Source: Acinetobacter phage ABPH49. Taken from it: a stretch of 64,000 nt of DNA. This document shows, in pieces, positions 63,831-64,000 of the stretch. Position numbers and translations under genes: made by a program. Within the stretch, counting starts at the first letter, position 1; each line of letters begins with the position of its first letter. The stretch lies in the sequence record MH533020.1; one strand, given 5' to 3'. Under the pieces are notes generated by a model. It had not been told where the DNA came from and ran no database searches. It saw only the letters and a list, made by a program, of their open reading frames with translations.

Positions 63831-64000
63831 TTCTTGGCTTTCTTCAATACCGGGGCCTTGAACGGGTGGCCCGGTGAAACGGTAGTTCCGTTGGTGAAGC
63901 AGTGACCCATTACCTTTTTGGACACGACCCAACCGTTCTTTGGGGTCTTTACCCACCAGTGCACGAACGGCGCGGACACCACCGCTGCCAGAAAGATCAG
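63831..64000 (-). CDS. C-terminal end of a minus-strand gene continuing beyond window
   Basis: hand translation ...LIFLAAVVSAPFVHWWVKTPKNGWVVSKK...PVLKKAKK* ends at TAA 63831-63833; listed 63504-63956 ORF is another frame. Confidence 0.3.

Noticed and set aside
63504-63956. Listed minus-strand ORF 63504-63956 (150 aa)
   Set aside because: It overlaps the well-supported plus-strand gene 63300-63788 and the bidirectional terminator. A different minus frame (63831 to window end) gives a coherent C-terminal peptide instead.

Overview
This 64 kb window reads as a contiguous segment of a large virulent tailed phage (myovirus-like, probably an enterobacterial host) in three blocks, separated from the early block by an AT-rich divergent control region. 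Block 1 (1-19.4 kb, minus strand) is a late structural module: tape measure running off the left edge, a tail assembly chaperone pair with a candidate -1 frameshift, tail tube, tail sheath, neck and connector proteins, three fibre genes including a 961-aa collagen-like (G-X-Y) fibre, two paralogous 63-aa triple-repeat ORFs each directly upstream of a fibre gene, a small collagen-like protein, major capsid, scaffold, portal and large terminase. This is followed by an i-spanin/o-spanin pair. Block 2 (20.3-25.5 kb, minus strand) is a tRNA array of at least 19 recognisable tRNAs, transcribed leftward from a sigma70-like promoter near 25.65 kb. It is interspersed with an HNH homing-endonuclease gene interrupted by an in-frame TGA, several small ORFs, tRNA-like remnants and about 1 kb of low-coding sequence. 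Downstream of the array, still on the minus strand, are a NadV (NAMPT-like) plus Prs-like pair, matching the NARP1 NAD+ reconstitution anti-defence pathway, and a HAD phosphatase. Block 3 (30.5-63.8 kb, plus strand) is an early/DNA-metabolism block behind repeated TTGACA-N17/18-TAATAT promoters and shared stem-loop terminators. It encodes a GHKL-type ATPase, an Rmf-like small protein, ATP-dependent DNA ligase, NADAR (predicted to reverse DarT DNA ADP-ribosylation), HNH endonuclease, FEN-like 5'-3' exonuclease, RuvC-like and EndoVII-like resolvases, DEDD exonuclease, dNMP kinase, 5'-nucleotidase, ThyX, NrdA/NrdB, glutaredoxin, lambda-R-like endolysin, PhoH, DprA-like protein, ClpP-like protease, N6-adenine methyltransferase, CCA-adding enzyme, a PTH2-like protein and a Pol-beta-type nucleotidyltransferase next to a 4-TM protein. 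Four genes (i-spanin, dNMP kinase, nrdB, cca) carry apparent single-base deletions in homopolymer runs that split otherwise intact reading frames. Rho-independent terminators are frequent. No CRISPR array, integrase or transposase was seen. All calls are from manual reading of the ORF track and sequence; no database searches were run.
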